A program made the translations under genes and the position numbers. Positions 31,103 through 40,950 of a stretch of 64,000 bases of DNA are shown piece by piece. Numbering within the stretch: position 1 is the stretch's first letter; each line of letters begins with the position of its first letter. Origin of the DNA: a virus; the IMG/VR virus record IMGVR_UViG_3300045391_000992, positions 1-64,000 of that record. One strand, 5' to 3'. The notes under the pieces were generated by a model, which worked only from the letters and a program-made list of their open reading frames with translations, did no database searches and was not told the DNA's origin.

Positions 31103-31592
31103 CTATGTAGATCCTGATCAGGAGTGAAAGGAACGAGGGCATCGCGCAGAACAGCAACGCCCCGATAGCGGAGTATACCCACACCTTGCTTTTCCATTCG
31201 GGCGGTGTGAATATGTAGATCGCCCTTAGCAGGCCAAGATTGAGCGCGATGCCTGCCAGCAGATATCCGTATGACGTAATCAAACTATGGTTCACGTTGA
31301 AGAAGACGCCGACGTCGCCGTGGGCCTTACCCATTTGGTAAAGCACCCACACGGCGCCCGATCGATAAGTCTCGGCGGCGAACACCCACCACAACGCGCA
31401 AGCCGTCTGCACACCCGGACCCTTGGTCCACGATCGTCCGCGCGGTCTCTCGATCTGCGAGTACCAATCGAGGGCAGTGTCCCACATGAAGATTGATATC
31501 ATGCAGGTCAGGGTCAGGCAGAGAATCATTGAAGAGCCATTGATCCATTCGCGGATCAACGCTTGGTGCTGCACTACAATATCAATCATCAC
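31092..31592 (-). CDS. integral membrane protein (about 4-5 TM)
   Basis: Multiple hydrophobic helices. Adjacent to the lysis genes. Confidence 0.5.
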   Translation of the reverse strand: MMIDIVVQHQALIREWINGSSMILCLTLTCMISIFMWDTALDWYSQIERPRGRSWTKGPGVQTACALWWVFAAETYRSGAVWVLYQMGKAHGDVGVFFNVNHSLITSYGYLLAGIALNLGLLRAIYIFTPPEWKSKVWVYSAIGALLFCAMPSFLSLLIRIYIDEL

Positions 31593-31833
31593 GTCTCCTC
31601 ACCAAGTACCGTTCGAACTGTTCGAACGAGGTAGTGCGCTTCTGCGCTATTTTGATTGAGTCGCGCAATTTTCTGTTGGTGGAAAGACGCTTTCCGATTG
31701 CTTCATGCAATCGGTCAATCATGTTTTCGTGGTCGCGCGCTTGGTTCTCGATCTCCGCATTGATCACGTCGTCCTCCGTGAACGGTTGGATGAGCCCCCA
31801 TCGCCTGAATAATTTTTCGATACGCTCGATCAT
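31582..31833 (-). CDS. hypothetical protein (83 aa)
   Basis: Start at MIERIEKLF, in an ATGA overlap at 31830-31833. Confidence 0.5.
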   Translation of the reverse strand: MIERIEKLFRRWGLIQPFTEDDVINAEIENQARDHENMIDRLHEAIGKRLSTNRKLRDSIKIAQKRTTSFEQFERYLVRRRDD

Positions 31834-32444
31834 ACGGTCTTGGGCCTCCGCTTCCCGCGGTTGACTACTCTGACATTTCCCAGTGCCGCGCGGATCGCCG
31901 ACAGGCTCTGCTCGCCTTGCTCCCTTAGCGCTTTGATTTGCGCGTCTGAGCACTCGCGAAGAACCTTCCGCAACTCTTCGCCCTGCGCATTCATGGTTGC
32001 GCGGACGTCTTGGACGTGACCTTGCGCGATCGTGCGGTTCTCCGTGACGATCGTGGTCAGCTGCCGTATCGCGTCGGCCATGGCGGTGACGGCCATTGCC
32101 GAAGCGTCGTTGTGATCCTTGATGTTCTCATACTGAGCAAGGATCGTGACCTTGAGGAGTTCGAACGCATGGGCCTGCTGAGCGATCAGCTTGGCCTGCT
32201 CCTCGGTCAGTTCGTTGCGCTCCTCCGTCACCTTGAGCATATCACGCAAGACGCCCGCGGTGTCGGATAGCGTTTTGTTGAGTGTGTCACGTTCGGCGAG
32301 TCGGTAGCCATACACCTTGTCCGCCTTGTTCTGAAGCGACTTGATATAGGCAACGAGTCCCGCGCAGACCATGAACTCCATGAAGATCACGACACCCGGG
32401 AAACCCATGTCCCCGAGTATCTTCGTGACCCACTCCGGCAACAT
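31830..32444 (-). CDS. N-terminal TM + coiled-coil protein (i-spanin-like)
   Basis: TM segment FPGVVIFMEFMVCAGLVAYI followed by a long helical region. Confidence 0.5.
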   Translation of the reverse strand: MLPEWVTKILGDMGFPGVVIFMEFMVCAGLVAYIKSLQNKADKVYGYRLAERDTLNKTLSDTAGVLRDMLKVTEERNELTEEQAKLIAQQAHAFELLKVTILAQYENIKDHNDASAMAVTAMADAIRQLTTIVTENRTIAQGHVQDVRATMNAQGEELRKVLRECSDAQIKALREQGEQSLSAIRAALGNVRVVNRGKRRPKTV

Positions 32445-32674
32445 TAGAAGAACCTACCCTTCGGTTTGAACGCGGGGCAATGAAGGCTGGCCCCGTATTC
32501 GTCATGCTTGAGAATCTGCCGGGCCGTGCCGTCTGTGAGCTTGTCGTCCTTGCTCACGGTAATCGGCCCCCAGCCCGTGCAGACGCTACCAGCGCAGCCG
32601 GCCAAGCTAATCGCGCTGCCAACGATCACGCAGATCCTTGTCGACCTGCGAATTGCTTTTGTTATCGACGTCAC
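32444..32674 (-). CDS. small lipoprotein (o-spanin-like), partly embedded in the holin-like gene
   Basis: GTG at 32672-32674, preceded by GAGGTGG. Signal peptide with lipobox ISLAGC. Confidence 0.5.
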   Translation of the reverse strand: MTSITKAIRRSTRICVIVGSAISLAGCAGSVCTGWGPITVSKDDKLTDGTARQILKHDEYGASLHCPAFKPKGRFF

Positions 32675-32951
32675 GATCCACCTCGTTTCGTTTCTGCAAT
32701 GCCTGCGCATTGCGTCGGCGCTCTTCATCTTCCGCATTTGCGCGGCCGCGGTACCGCCCACCCATGAACGCGAGGAACACACCCCCGATAAAGATCAGCG
32801 TCACCTTTAGCCACTTGGGCAACGCATTCCAAATCGGTATCAGGATGGGAGAGAAGAAGTACAGGAGCGCACCGATAGGGATGCCGATGATCAGAACCCA
32901 ACCCCAGATCGGGATATGATCAATGATCGCGTTCCAAATCATGTCAGCCAT
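32607..32951 (-). CDS. holin-like protein (3 TM + charged C-terminus)
   Basis: Three hydrophobic helices followed by RGRANAEDEERRRNAQALQKRNE. Confidence 0.55.
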   Translation of the reverse strand: MADMIWNAIIDHIPIWGWVLIIGIPIGALLYFFSPILIPIWNALPKWLKVTLIFIGGVFLAFMGGRYRGRANAEDEERRRNAQALQKRNEVDRDVDNKSNSQVDKDLRDRWQRD

Positions 32952-32969
32952 GGCGCGCTCCTTTAATAT

Positions 32970-33998
32970 TTAAGCCGCCCGCTTGTCAGCGGGAACAGGG
33001 CTCGGGGGATTGACACGGACTTCCGTGTCACCGTTCGTTCGGCCGGAGGCGGTGACGACGCCCACGGCGATATTGCCAGTCTCCGAACCCCGCGCATTGG
33101 GGTCTTCGTACTGGGCCTTGACCTCATCCGGCACCACGTTGTTGTCGTTGGCGCCGATCGGAATACCGAGACCGAGATCGTCGGACAGGGTCTTGTTGCG
33201 ATTGCGCGCCCAATAGGCATACGCAAAGCCGAACGCAGTCGCGAGGCCGCCGAGTACGAGCAAGCCGACCAAGACCTGATCGACGAAGTGAGACGAGCCC
33301 TGCAACGGGGACAGCGTCTGCTGCGCGGTGGTGAGCGCGGTCGTGATCGTGCCACCAGCTGCGGTTGCGTCTGCGGGAGCCGTCGAGACGAGCGGCTTCG
33401 CATCCACGATCGTCGCCTTCTTGTTCATGTTGGATTCCCACACGACCGCGGGACCAATTGAACCCATCGCCCACGCCTGACCAATCCTCTTGAGCTGGTT
33501 CACCCTCGAGATCCAGCCCTTGCCGAAGTGCCAGAACGTCTTCAACGCCCGCAGGAACGCTTCGCGGAACTGCAGGATCTTGGCGATCAACACGTCATGA
33601 TCAGGGTAGTCGAGTGTGGCTTGCATCGTCACATTGCCCAACACACCGTCAGGTGAAAGGCCGAGTGCGCGTTGCAGCCACTTGACCGATTGACCCGGAC
33701 CCGAATTGATCGCGCCATCGCCGAGAACGATATCGACGCCGGGCGGCAATTCGTTGAACCTGATCTTCTGGCCGTAGCCTTCCCAATAGATCTCGTCGCG
33801 CTCGGTGTCTTCCATGAGAAAAACGTCGCGAGCCGGCAAGCCTTTGCGCTTGCGGTAGGCGGCGTATTCACGCTGAATGATGCCTTGGTTCGTGCGGCCG
33901 CCTGGATCGATCGGATCATCGTCCTTGCCGCCCTCGAACTTCAGGTAGACTTTCATGGCGTCGTGCCATGAATGCTCTTTCCCAGTTGTAGGGTCCAT
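32970..33998 (-). CDS. GH108-type muramidase with PG_binding_3-like domain and C-terminal TM segment (endolysin)
   Basis: FEGGKDDDPIDPGGRTNQGI (GH108 motif), LGLSPDGVLGNVT, and TM segment VLVGLLVLGGLATAFGFAYAYW. Start at ATG 33996-33998 with an AGGAAGG SD. Confidence 0.75.
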   Translation of the reverse strand: MDPTTGKEHSWHDAMKVYLKFEGGKDDDPIDPGGRTNQGIIQREYAAYRKRKGLPARDVFLMEDTERDEIYWEGYGQKIRFNELPPGVDIVLGDGAINSGPGQSVKWLQRALGLSPDGVLGNVTMQATLDYPDHDVLIAKILQFREAFLRALKTFWHFGKGWISRVNQLKRIGQAWAMGSIGPAVVWESNMNKKATIVDAKPLVSTAPADATAAGGTITTALTTAQQTLSPLQGSSHFVDQVLVGLLVLGGLATAFGFAYAYWARNRNKTLSDDLGLGIPIGANDNNVVPDEVKAQYEDPNARGSETGNIAVGVVTASGRTNGDTEVRVNPPSPVPADKRAA

Positions 33999-34000
33999 AT

Positions 34001-35740
34001 TTACCTTCCTGTTGAAACGACCACAGTCTGCACCACCACCGATGGGTACAGATCTGACCACGTGTCGAACTGCCCTTCGTCAGTGAAGGCAACAGTCAAC
34101 AGCGGGTTCGGTGTGTTGGTCGGAGTCAGAGTGCCGAAGCCATCGTCCGAACCATCAGAGAACTTGACGACATAGGGGTCGCCGGGCGGCCCGATCGTGA
34201 CGGTCGCCGGCACGCCATCGGTGTCGTCGGAGAATGCGATAACGAGGGGAGGCGCAAGGCCCGAGGTATCGAATAGATCAAACTGGATTTGCACGAGCGA
34301 TCGGCCACCGAATGCAGGCCCCGAGTCGAGAACCATGCGCCAATGCGGCGCACCATCGGTGGGCATTCCGGGCAGGAAGAACCCGCCGGACTGTGGCGCG
34401 ATCATGTACATACATTGATCGCGGAAGAACCATGGGTCGCCGACCGACGTCCACGGGCCCGACGACGAGTCCGCGTACTCCCAATGCCACGTGCCGTAGT
34501 GATCGGGCAGGCCCCCGGTGTAAGTCTCCTTCGTATTGTTGAAGTTCACGAACAGAAGATGGTTCGGCATCACGGGACGCGGGAAATCGAATTGGAACCA
34601 CGCTCCCGCCGTGCTCACCGGGTTATCAGTATTCGACGCGGCGCCGATCGTTGCGATCTTCTTGCCCGTCGACCCATGCCACAGGCCATCAAACAAAGCT
34701 TGCTGCGGCGTATCGTGCGAGCTATCAGGAGCCACGCTGCCCCAATCAGACGACATGCTGAACGCAACACGTCGCTCGGGAGCTGCCGAAGGCCTGCGGT
34801 CGCCGCCATCAAGATTGGAGTGCGCGACCTTGAGCCAGATCTCATTCGAGAAACGCGCGTTCGTTCGAGTGCCCGCGAGGTACACGAATTCCCAGTGACG
34901 ATACTGCACATACTGGCGCGGCTCGAATGTGTATTCGGTCTTGTAGTAGGTGAAGCTGACAGACGAGTCAAGCGTCTCTTGCGTGTTGTTAAAGCCGTCA
35001 AATCCCGCGGTGTAGGGCTCCGGCGCTATCGCACCGGGGATACCACCAAACATCGACCACATGCCATTGTAGTCTTGCAGTTGCGCGCCGCCGCCCAGCT
35101 GGAAGCCCCGAATATCGATCAGGTCTTCTGTCTCAAACCAGAGCGCGGCCCCATGATTGTCGCCTGAGGTCGCAGGCCCGTCGCCAAGACCCACGCCATA
35201 GTCGTTGTTGAAACCATCAGCCATTGGCCCGAACACTGCGGACCACCCATACGCCCCCGAATCCGTGATCAGGCCCGAGGCCGCACGATCGCCTCGACCC
35301 CAAATCGAGTCATAGTCGACGCTCTGGTAAACCTTCGTCGCGACTTGCGACGTGTAGAATTCATAAATCGCGCCGCCGTCGATCGGCTTGGTAGTCGGCA
35401 CTCCCTCGAGTGCAAGCGATGCGGTGATCGTGAGCGTCTGGCCCGGGATCGGCGTGAAGATGTCGGTCGTGATCGTGACCGTTGAGCCAGTCGCGTTGCC
35501 ATCGATCGCAGGAGCACCCGCGATCAGACTCGTGGTGACGGTGACTGTATCGCCGCTGGCATTGCCGGGGATCGAAGCATCGGCGACCGTGCGCAGCACT
35601 TCGACCGCGAGCTCGGTCGCTCGAACGCTCGTCGTGCCGCCAGCATGCAGAACCTCGGCCCCCACCTCGGTGGTGCGGACCGATGCCGCACCGTTGCTGA
35701 GGACTTCAACTGCGAGTTCGGTGACTTGGTTCTGTGCCAT
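34001..35740 (-). CDS. tail fibre / receptor-binding-like protein (579 aa)
   Basis: The N-terminus carries the 22-aa GxTVTVTTSLIAG repeat shared with 56446-57588. Lies in the tail-tip module. Confidence 0.55.
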   Translation of the reverse strand: MAQNQVTELAVEVLSNGAASVRTTEVGAEVLHAGGTTSVRATELAVEVLRTVADASIPGNASGDTVTVTTSLIAGAPAIDGNATGSTVTITTDIFTPIPGQTLTITASLALEGVPTTKPIDGGAIYEFYTSQVATKVYQSVDYDSIWGRGDRAASGLITDSGAYGWSAVFGPMADGFNNDYGVGLGDGPATSGDNHGAALWFETEDLIDIRGFQLGGGAQLQDYNGMWSMFGGIPGAIAPEPYTAGFDGFNNTQETLDSSVSFTYYKTEYTFEPRQYVQYRHWEFVYLAGTRTNARFSNEIWLKVAHSNLDGGDRRPSAAPERRVAFSMSSDWGSVAPDSSHDTPQQALFDGLWHGSTGKKIATIGAASNTDNPVSTAGAWFQFDFPRPVMPNHLLFVNFNNTKETYTGGLPDHYGTWHWEYADSSSGPWTSVGDPWFFRDQCMYMIAPQSGGFFLPGMPTDGAPHWRMVLDSGPAFGGRSLVQIQFDLFDTSGLAPPLVIAFSDDTDGVPATVTIGPPGDPYVVKFSDGSDDGFGTLTPTNTPNPLLTVAFTDEGQFDTWSDLYPSVVVQTVVVSTGR

Positions 35741-35744
35741 GTTA

Positions 35745-36758
35745 CTAGCTGACTACCTCATAACCCAGCTGCATTGCGTTCACATTCGACGCTGTGAACG
35801 CCGCCGACGTATCGGGGTTCGTTTCGTAGATGTCGTTCCACAGGCCATAGGTCGACGCCATGCTGCGCGTCGTGCCGTTCGTCGTCGTCGAACCATTCTT
35901 CATGTTGACGCGGGCGGTGCGGGTCGTCGCGTCGTCCTTGCGCGCGACGAACACGGTCTGCACTGCCTTGATCGACGATGGCGTGCTCGAGAGGTCCGCG
36001 AGATCGAACAGATCCTTATGACCGACCGTCGCGTCAGCGTTGTAGCTGGTATCGTCGTCAAAGGTCGTATTGTTCACACGGCTGTAGTTGTTCGCACCGC
36101 TGTTCGGCGTCCAATCCTTCTGAGCGGTGTCGGCAGTCGGGCGGAGCGTTTCGATCTTGCACTCGCCCAACTTGGTGTTGGTGTTGACGATATAGAAGTC
36201 GTCGATCCAACGGTTACCCGAGGATGCAGCCTCGGTCGTAATGGCGATGTTATCGATGCTCGAGGCGCCGGTGTTCGTGCTCGAAGCATTCGCGACGAGC
36301 GCTCCGTTCAAGTAAACGTTGACGGAGCCGCCCGATCCGGTCGCTCGCACAAGCTCGACTTCGATGTAATTCCACGCGCCGGCCACGATCGCACCATTGG
36401 ACGACGAGCAGACGTTGTTGGTCGTGAAGTCGCCACGTCCGAACTTCAACGCGCCATTCTGGTCTACACCCAGCTTGCAAATTTCGGTCGAGCCATTGCG
36501 AAACGTCATCATGGCCTTACCGGTCGAGTAGTTGCTGTTGACGTTCTGCTGCTGATAGGCAAAGCCGATCGCGATGCTGTCAATAGCAGTGAACGTCGGC
36601 GTAGTCATCGGGTTAGCATTGGAGTCGGCCTTCCACGACTGCCCGCTGAACCGCCCGGTGTCCACGTTGTTCGGCGAACCGGGAGTGCCGCCGTAGCCTT
36701 TGCGCGCGACGGTCGATTGTGTATACATATCGAAACCGTCCATAAAGATGATAGCCAT
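35745..36758 (-). CDS. tail-associated protein with LamG/concanavalin-like features
   Basis: MAIIFMDGFD.. N-terminus and ..VNVYLNGALVA..IDDFYI pattern. Confidence 0.45.
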   Translation of the reverse strand: MAIIFMDGFDMYTQSTVARKGYGGTPGSPNNVDTGRFSGQSWKADSNANPMTTPTFTAIDSIAIGFAYQQQNVNSNYSTGKAMMTFRNGSTEICKLGVDQNGALKFGRGDFTTNNVCSSSNGAIVAGAWNYIEVELVRATGSGGSVNVYLNGALVANASSTNTGASSIDNIAITTEAASSGNRWIDDFYIVNTNTKLGECKIETLRPTADTAQKDWTPNSGANNYSRVNNTTFDDDTSYNADATVGHKDLFDLADLSSTPSSIKAVQTVFVARKDDATTRTARVNMKNGSTTTNGTTRSMASTYGLWNDIYETNPDTSAAFTASNVNAMQLGYEVVS

Positions 36759-36767
36759 TTGATCTCC

Positions 36768-37889
36768 TCAGGTCCAAGAGAAACGAACGCGGCCGGGTGC
36801 GCCCCGACCGTCGCCGTCAGTCGACACGCCACCCGCGCCGACATGATAAGCAATGAAGTCGCCCGGCTCAGCGTCTCCTGAACCACGCGTGATCTCGTGT
36901 CGGGCATAGCCACCCGAGCCGCCACCCGGGCACTTGAAGAAGTAGGGACCACCGACTGGCGCCCAGAAGGAGTGTCCGCTACCGCCAGCCCCGGGCGATT
37001 GCCCAGCCTTGCCATAGTAGAAGTTCTGGCCGGGATAGGCCGCAGCTACTGAAACTCCCTCACCCCCGAGGCCCCCGTTCGGGGCGTCGCCCCCTGCCCC
37101 GCTAGAGCCCACCGCGCCGGTGTTATTAGACGGCACAGAGCCGGCCCCGCCCGTGACGTTGCTTACATTCGCCCCCGACGCCGTGCCGCCTGTGCCGGCG
37201 CCCGTTAGAGTGTTCGGCGCTGTGGCAGTTGCCTTGACTCCCCCGTTAGCCGTGATCAGGAACGGGACCACGTCGCGCGCTGCGGTCGTCGCGCCTCCGT
37301 TCTGGGCTTTCGAGGAGATGCCGCCCGACGCACCGCCGCCCCACGTTTCGATTATGAGCTTGGTCGAGTAGTTCACGACCTGCCATGCACCCTCGCCGTC
37401 GTCATAGGTAACGGAGTTTGCAGGCCCGGGCGTCGGAGCCACGACCGAAGGGTCAGACGATCGCTGCAGGAAGCGCAGGAAGCGCTTGCGGATATCGGCG
37501 TCGCGCATCACGGGCACGACGAGAAAGCCATTGCTGCACATCTCCGCGCCCGAATACTGCCCGAGCAGTATGTCGCTTGACTGCAACGTGTCGGCCGGCG
37601 ACGTCGCGCCGACGTCCGAACCGATCAGGATCGACGGGCCAAGCGTGAGCATGGTTTGGGTTTTGAACAGGAACTGCGGCACGCGTTGTGCCTCACCCAA
37701 ATCGAACTCGAGGGCGGGGAACGATGCGCCCACATTGAGAGTGACCTTGTCCGACAAAAAGAACTGGGCCGAGTATGCAGCGAAGTCTGTGGCGAGCGGC
37801 CGCCAATACGTGACGAGATCGCCGTCGACCATGTTGGCGACAACACCCGACGCAGTAGCGAAGCCAAACTGTTTGGCTGTGATCGTCAT
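36768..37889 (-). CDS. tail fibre-like protein with glycine-rich C-terminal domain
   Basis: WGGGASGG..GAGGDAPNGGLGGEG..PGAGGSGH..GGGSGGY glycine-rich motifs. Confidence 0.55.
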   Translation of the reverse strand: MTITAKQFGFATASGVVANMVDGDLVTYWRPLATDFAAYSAQFFLSDKVTLNVGASFPALEFDLGEAQRVPQFLFKTQTMLTLGPSILIGSDVGATSPADTLQSSDILLGQYSGAEMCSNGFLVVPVMRDADIRKRFLRFLQRSSDPSVVAPTPGPANSVTYDDGEGAWQVVNYSTKLIIETWGGGASGGISSKAQNGGATTAARDVVPFLITANGGVKATATAPNTLTGAGTGGTASGANVSNVTGGAGSVPSNNTGAVGSSGAGGDAPNGGLGGEGVSVAAAYPGQNFYYGKAGQSPGAGGSGHSFWAPVGGPYFFKCPGGGSGGYARHEITRGSGDAEPGDFIAYHVGAGGVSTDGDGRGAPGRVRFSWT

Positions 37890-38704
37890 CAGAACGTCCT
37901 GACTAGCTTGAAGCTTACCGAGAGCTCGCGCGCATCGGTGTCAACGCCTGCGGTTGGCTTCAAGACCGTCAAGCGATCGCCGATCGCGAACGATGCGTCC
38001 GCAGCGAGCGTGAATGTGCCCGTGTTCGATCCGGCGACGAAGTCCACGGTGCCGATGTCCGTTCCGTTCTTCTGGATCTTCATCGACATGCTGGACGCGG
38101 GATCGGTCTTGAGGAACGCTTCCGAGCCTGGCAGCGTCGCAGGAGCACTCACGGGGTGCACGAAAACATGCCCGAACATTGCGGAGCCATCGTCCACGCC
38201 GATGCCGGGGCGCCCGGGGAAGAAGAAGCCCACGTCGTAGATGTAGTCTTGCTCGCCATACACGATCTGGTATAGCGGCTGGCCGAACGTCGGAGAGCCC
38301 GAGTCCTCGTCCACGGCATCGGGATCGAACGTCGCAGGCGCGGACGGCGTGGTGTGCGCGATCAGCACGCGATATAACCCGAAGCCCGGCGAGTTGATCA
38401 GGTCAAGCGGCGCCAACGGCATGTCGTTGACCCATGTGCCCTGATCATGGAACGTTGCGATCGGCAGGGTATACGGGCCATGATGCGACCCGTCAGTCAT
38501 GTTGATCTGGAACTGCGAGCCGATAATGGTGAAGCCGGAAATCGATACGGCTTCCGGCGGATCGTTCTCGAGGGCTTGAATGCGAGTGAGGAATGCCCAC
38601 TTGTTCTCATCCTCTTGAAGCGCCGTGATGTTGCCACCCGTGCCAGAGCCACCACCTGCGCCCCAGCGAGTGTTGTCTGTAGTCCTGAAAACAATGCCGT
38701 CCAT
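37889..38704 (-). CDS. tail-tip/baseplate-associated hypothetical protein (271 aa)
   Basis: ORF track. 1-nt overlaps with neighbours. Call is position-based. Confidence 0.5.
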   Translation of the reverse strand: MDGIVFRTTDNTRWGAGGGSGTGGNITALQEDENKWAFLTRIQALENDPPEAVSISGFTIIGSQFQINMTDGSHHGPYTLPIATFHDQGTWVNDMPLAPLDLINSPGFGLYRVLIAHTTPSAPATFDPDAVDEDSGSPTFGQPLYQIVYGEQDYIYDVGFFFPGRPGIGVDDGSAMFGHVFVHPVSAPATLPGSEAFLKTDPASSMSMKIQKNGTDIGTVDFVAGSNTGTFTLAADASFAIGDRLTVLKPTAGVDTDARELSVSFKLVRTF

Positions 38705-38717
38705 AGTCTGTGACCCC

Positions 38718-39113
38718 TTATGGCGACGGCACGTTGCTCTTCCGGATGTTGCCGGTCGAGATCACTTCCGTGTCGTCAGTGTTGGTGTTGGTGGCGAACC
38801 GCAGTGTGATGCGATCCTTGCCGATCTTGTTGCGCGCCTGGTACTCCGTCATCTGCTCGGTATCGACGAACTGCGAGTGATCGTCGGGGTTGAACACGCG
38901 CACCACGTCATAGGTGCGCGACTCCTCCCACTTGGGCTGCGGCAGCTCGACCTGCGACGACGCATTGGAACTGAACACGCTGTCTCCAGAACTGCCCCAG
39001 ACGATCGGGTCATTGACGACGATCTTGGGTGTGGCAAAGATCTGCGTCGGCACGCCCGGCCTGATTTGCGGAGCTTGTGAAGGCCGGACGACGAACTCGA
39101 GGTGATTAGGCAT
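38718..39113 (-). CDS. tail-tip hypothetical protein (131 aa)
   Basis: ORF track. Call is position-based. Confidence 0.5.
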   Translation of the reverse strand: MPNHLEFVVRPSQAPQIRPGVPTQIFATPKIVVNDPIVWGSSGDSVFSSNASSQVELPQPKWEESRTYDVVRVFNPDDHSQFVDTEQMTEYQARNKIGKDRITLRFATNTNTDDTEVISTGNIRKSNVPSP

Positions 39114-40950
39114 TGGATGGCGCCTCCAAATTGATCTGCTGCGGAATGACGAGATCGGACACCGAGACCACGACCTCGTCTTGGAAGGGACCGCCTTCCA
39201 TGGGGATCATTTTGAAACTGAACTGCGTCGGAGCATTGGACAACACGCTCGAGATCGCGGCCTGATCAGTGAGCGGGCCTGCGCTTGCAGCGAGTATCAG
39301 ACCACGCTGGGTGTCAGAGTCGTTGATGATTGAAGCAGCCATCACCGCGTTGCCGACGTTGAGGCCACGCGCGAAGTCCACACCATCGTCAAACTGCGAT
39401 GGCACGGGGATCGTCCACGCGATGTCCTCGGTATCGGTAACGACGATCTGGTTCTCGTACTGCTGGTAGTCGTCGATATAGCCCTCGTCCCAAATGGTCG
39501 GAGTGCCCGGCGATGCAGTGTAGGAGCCGCCATATCCGACTGACGACGCGATAGTGATGGTGCCAGTCGCTTCACCGTCGTCACCATTGACCGAAAGCTT
39601 GGCGCCAATGATCTTGCCATTGGCCTGACCCCCGGGCAAACGATGGTCGTGTAACAGCCCGTTCTTGCGCAGGTTGTTCAGACGGAGCGCGTCGCGGAAG
39701 CCCATTTTGAATGACGTCTCGACTGCGCGCGACTTCGCAATGAGGTGCGCGCGAGCGACTAACAGGCCGTACTGGATCGAGAGCAGGCCCCGTTCAGTGT
39801 GCGTATAGTTGCGCAGGCGCACGTCGCCAAGCGGGATAGACCCATCCTCGGTCGGATCGGATACCTTGTTCGCGTTCAGCGTCAGCGCCAAGGACTCGTC
39901 ATCACCAGGCAGCGTGACAATCGATTGCTGATCGCTGCGGAGCGTGAACGTCACGATCTGAGCAAACTCGCGACCCGCAGTGTATGAGACCGAGAGCGAC
40001 GGCACGCCATAACCAATCGGAGCCGCTACGATCTCGAATTGGAAATTGAAGCCCGCGGTCTCGCCCGAGTGATATTCGCCCGTGGCCTTCAAGGGGAACA
40101 CGACTGAGCCTTCCGGAAGGATCGGTACCGATCCATTCCAATAGAAGATATCGGGCAGCTTCATGGTGCCTTGCTCGCCCGACAGATCGACAAGCTGGCC
40201 ACCCGTGACATCCCAGCCTGATCCGAAACCATCGCCTGACTTGGGCCACGACGAGATCAGACCGGGCAGCGTGAATGACGAGAGCAAGTAGCCATTCGTG
40301 AGCCTGCGGAAGATTCCCGTGAGGTCTAGGCCGCCCGCATCCGACTGCGTCCACGGGATGGTCATCGTCATCGTGACGGCCCGTAGCGGCGTCGAGTTTA
40401 ACGTGACTTGCATATCGTCGTAGAAGTGCTCGTCCTCGGTGACCTCCTCGACCCCGTCCTCGCCGACCAGAATGTCGGAGGCGGTGACGACCAAAGTCAC
40501 GGGATCGATATGCCACAGGCGCGAATAAGCTTCGAGCACCACGTCCGGATCGCCCCATGAGTCGGGACTAACAAAAATGGAGTCGTAATAGGGCAGCACC
40601 TTGAGCGACTCAGCGAGCGTTGTCTTCTGCGCGACGAAGTCAGACGGCCGCGCGGTGAAGCTCAGGGTGACCAGCGTGTCGAAGATGTTGGTCGGCACGC
40701 CGACAAGCCGACCACGGAAGATCGGTGTGATGCCCGAGTCGTTACCGTAAGACAGGATCGCCCAGACCTTGCGGCCCGTGTTGAGCAAGCCGATCCGCGG
40801 GTTCTTGATCACGACGGTGAGCGCAGCGAAGTCGCCTTCCGAGTGCTCAAAATCGAACGAGAAGACGTCCTCATCCTCGCGATTGTGGATCGCGGGATTG
40901 AACGTCTCCCCATCATTCACCCATGCGAAGTAGATACGATCGTGCGCCAT
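39106..40950 (-). CDS. large tail-tip/hub protein (614 aa)
   Basis: Second gene after the tape measure. Call rests on size and position. Confidence 0.5.
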   Translation of the reverse strand: MAHDRIYFAWVNDGETFNPAIHNREDEDVFSFDFEHSEGDFAALTVVIKNPRIGLLNTGRKVWAILSYGNDSGITPIFRGRLVGVPTNIFDTLVTLSFTARPSDFVAQKTTLAESLKVLPYYDSIFVSPDSWGDPDVVLEAYSRLWHIDPVTLVVTASDILVGEDGVEEVTEDEHFYDDMQVTLNSTPLRAVTMTMTIPWTQSDAGGLDLTGIFRRLTNGYLLSSFTLPGLISSWPKSGDGFGSGWDVTGGQLVDLSGEQGTMKLPDIFYWNGSVPILPEGSVVFPLKATGEYHSGETAGFNFQFEIVAAPIGYGVPSLSVSYTAGREFAQIVTFTLRSDQQSIVTLPGDDESLALTLNANKVSDPTEDGSIPLGDVRLRNYTHTERGLLSIQYGLLVARAHLIAKSRAVETSFKMGFRDALRLNNLRKNGLLHDHRLPGGQANGKIIGAKLSVNGDDGEATGTITIASSVGYGGSYTASPGTPTIWDEGYIDDYQQYENQIVVTDTEDIAWTIPVPSQFDDGVDFARGLNVGNAVMAASIINDSDTQRGLILAASAGPLTDQAAISSVLSNAPTQFSFKMIPMEGGPFQDEVVVSVSDLVIPQQINLEAPSNA

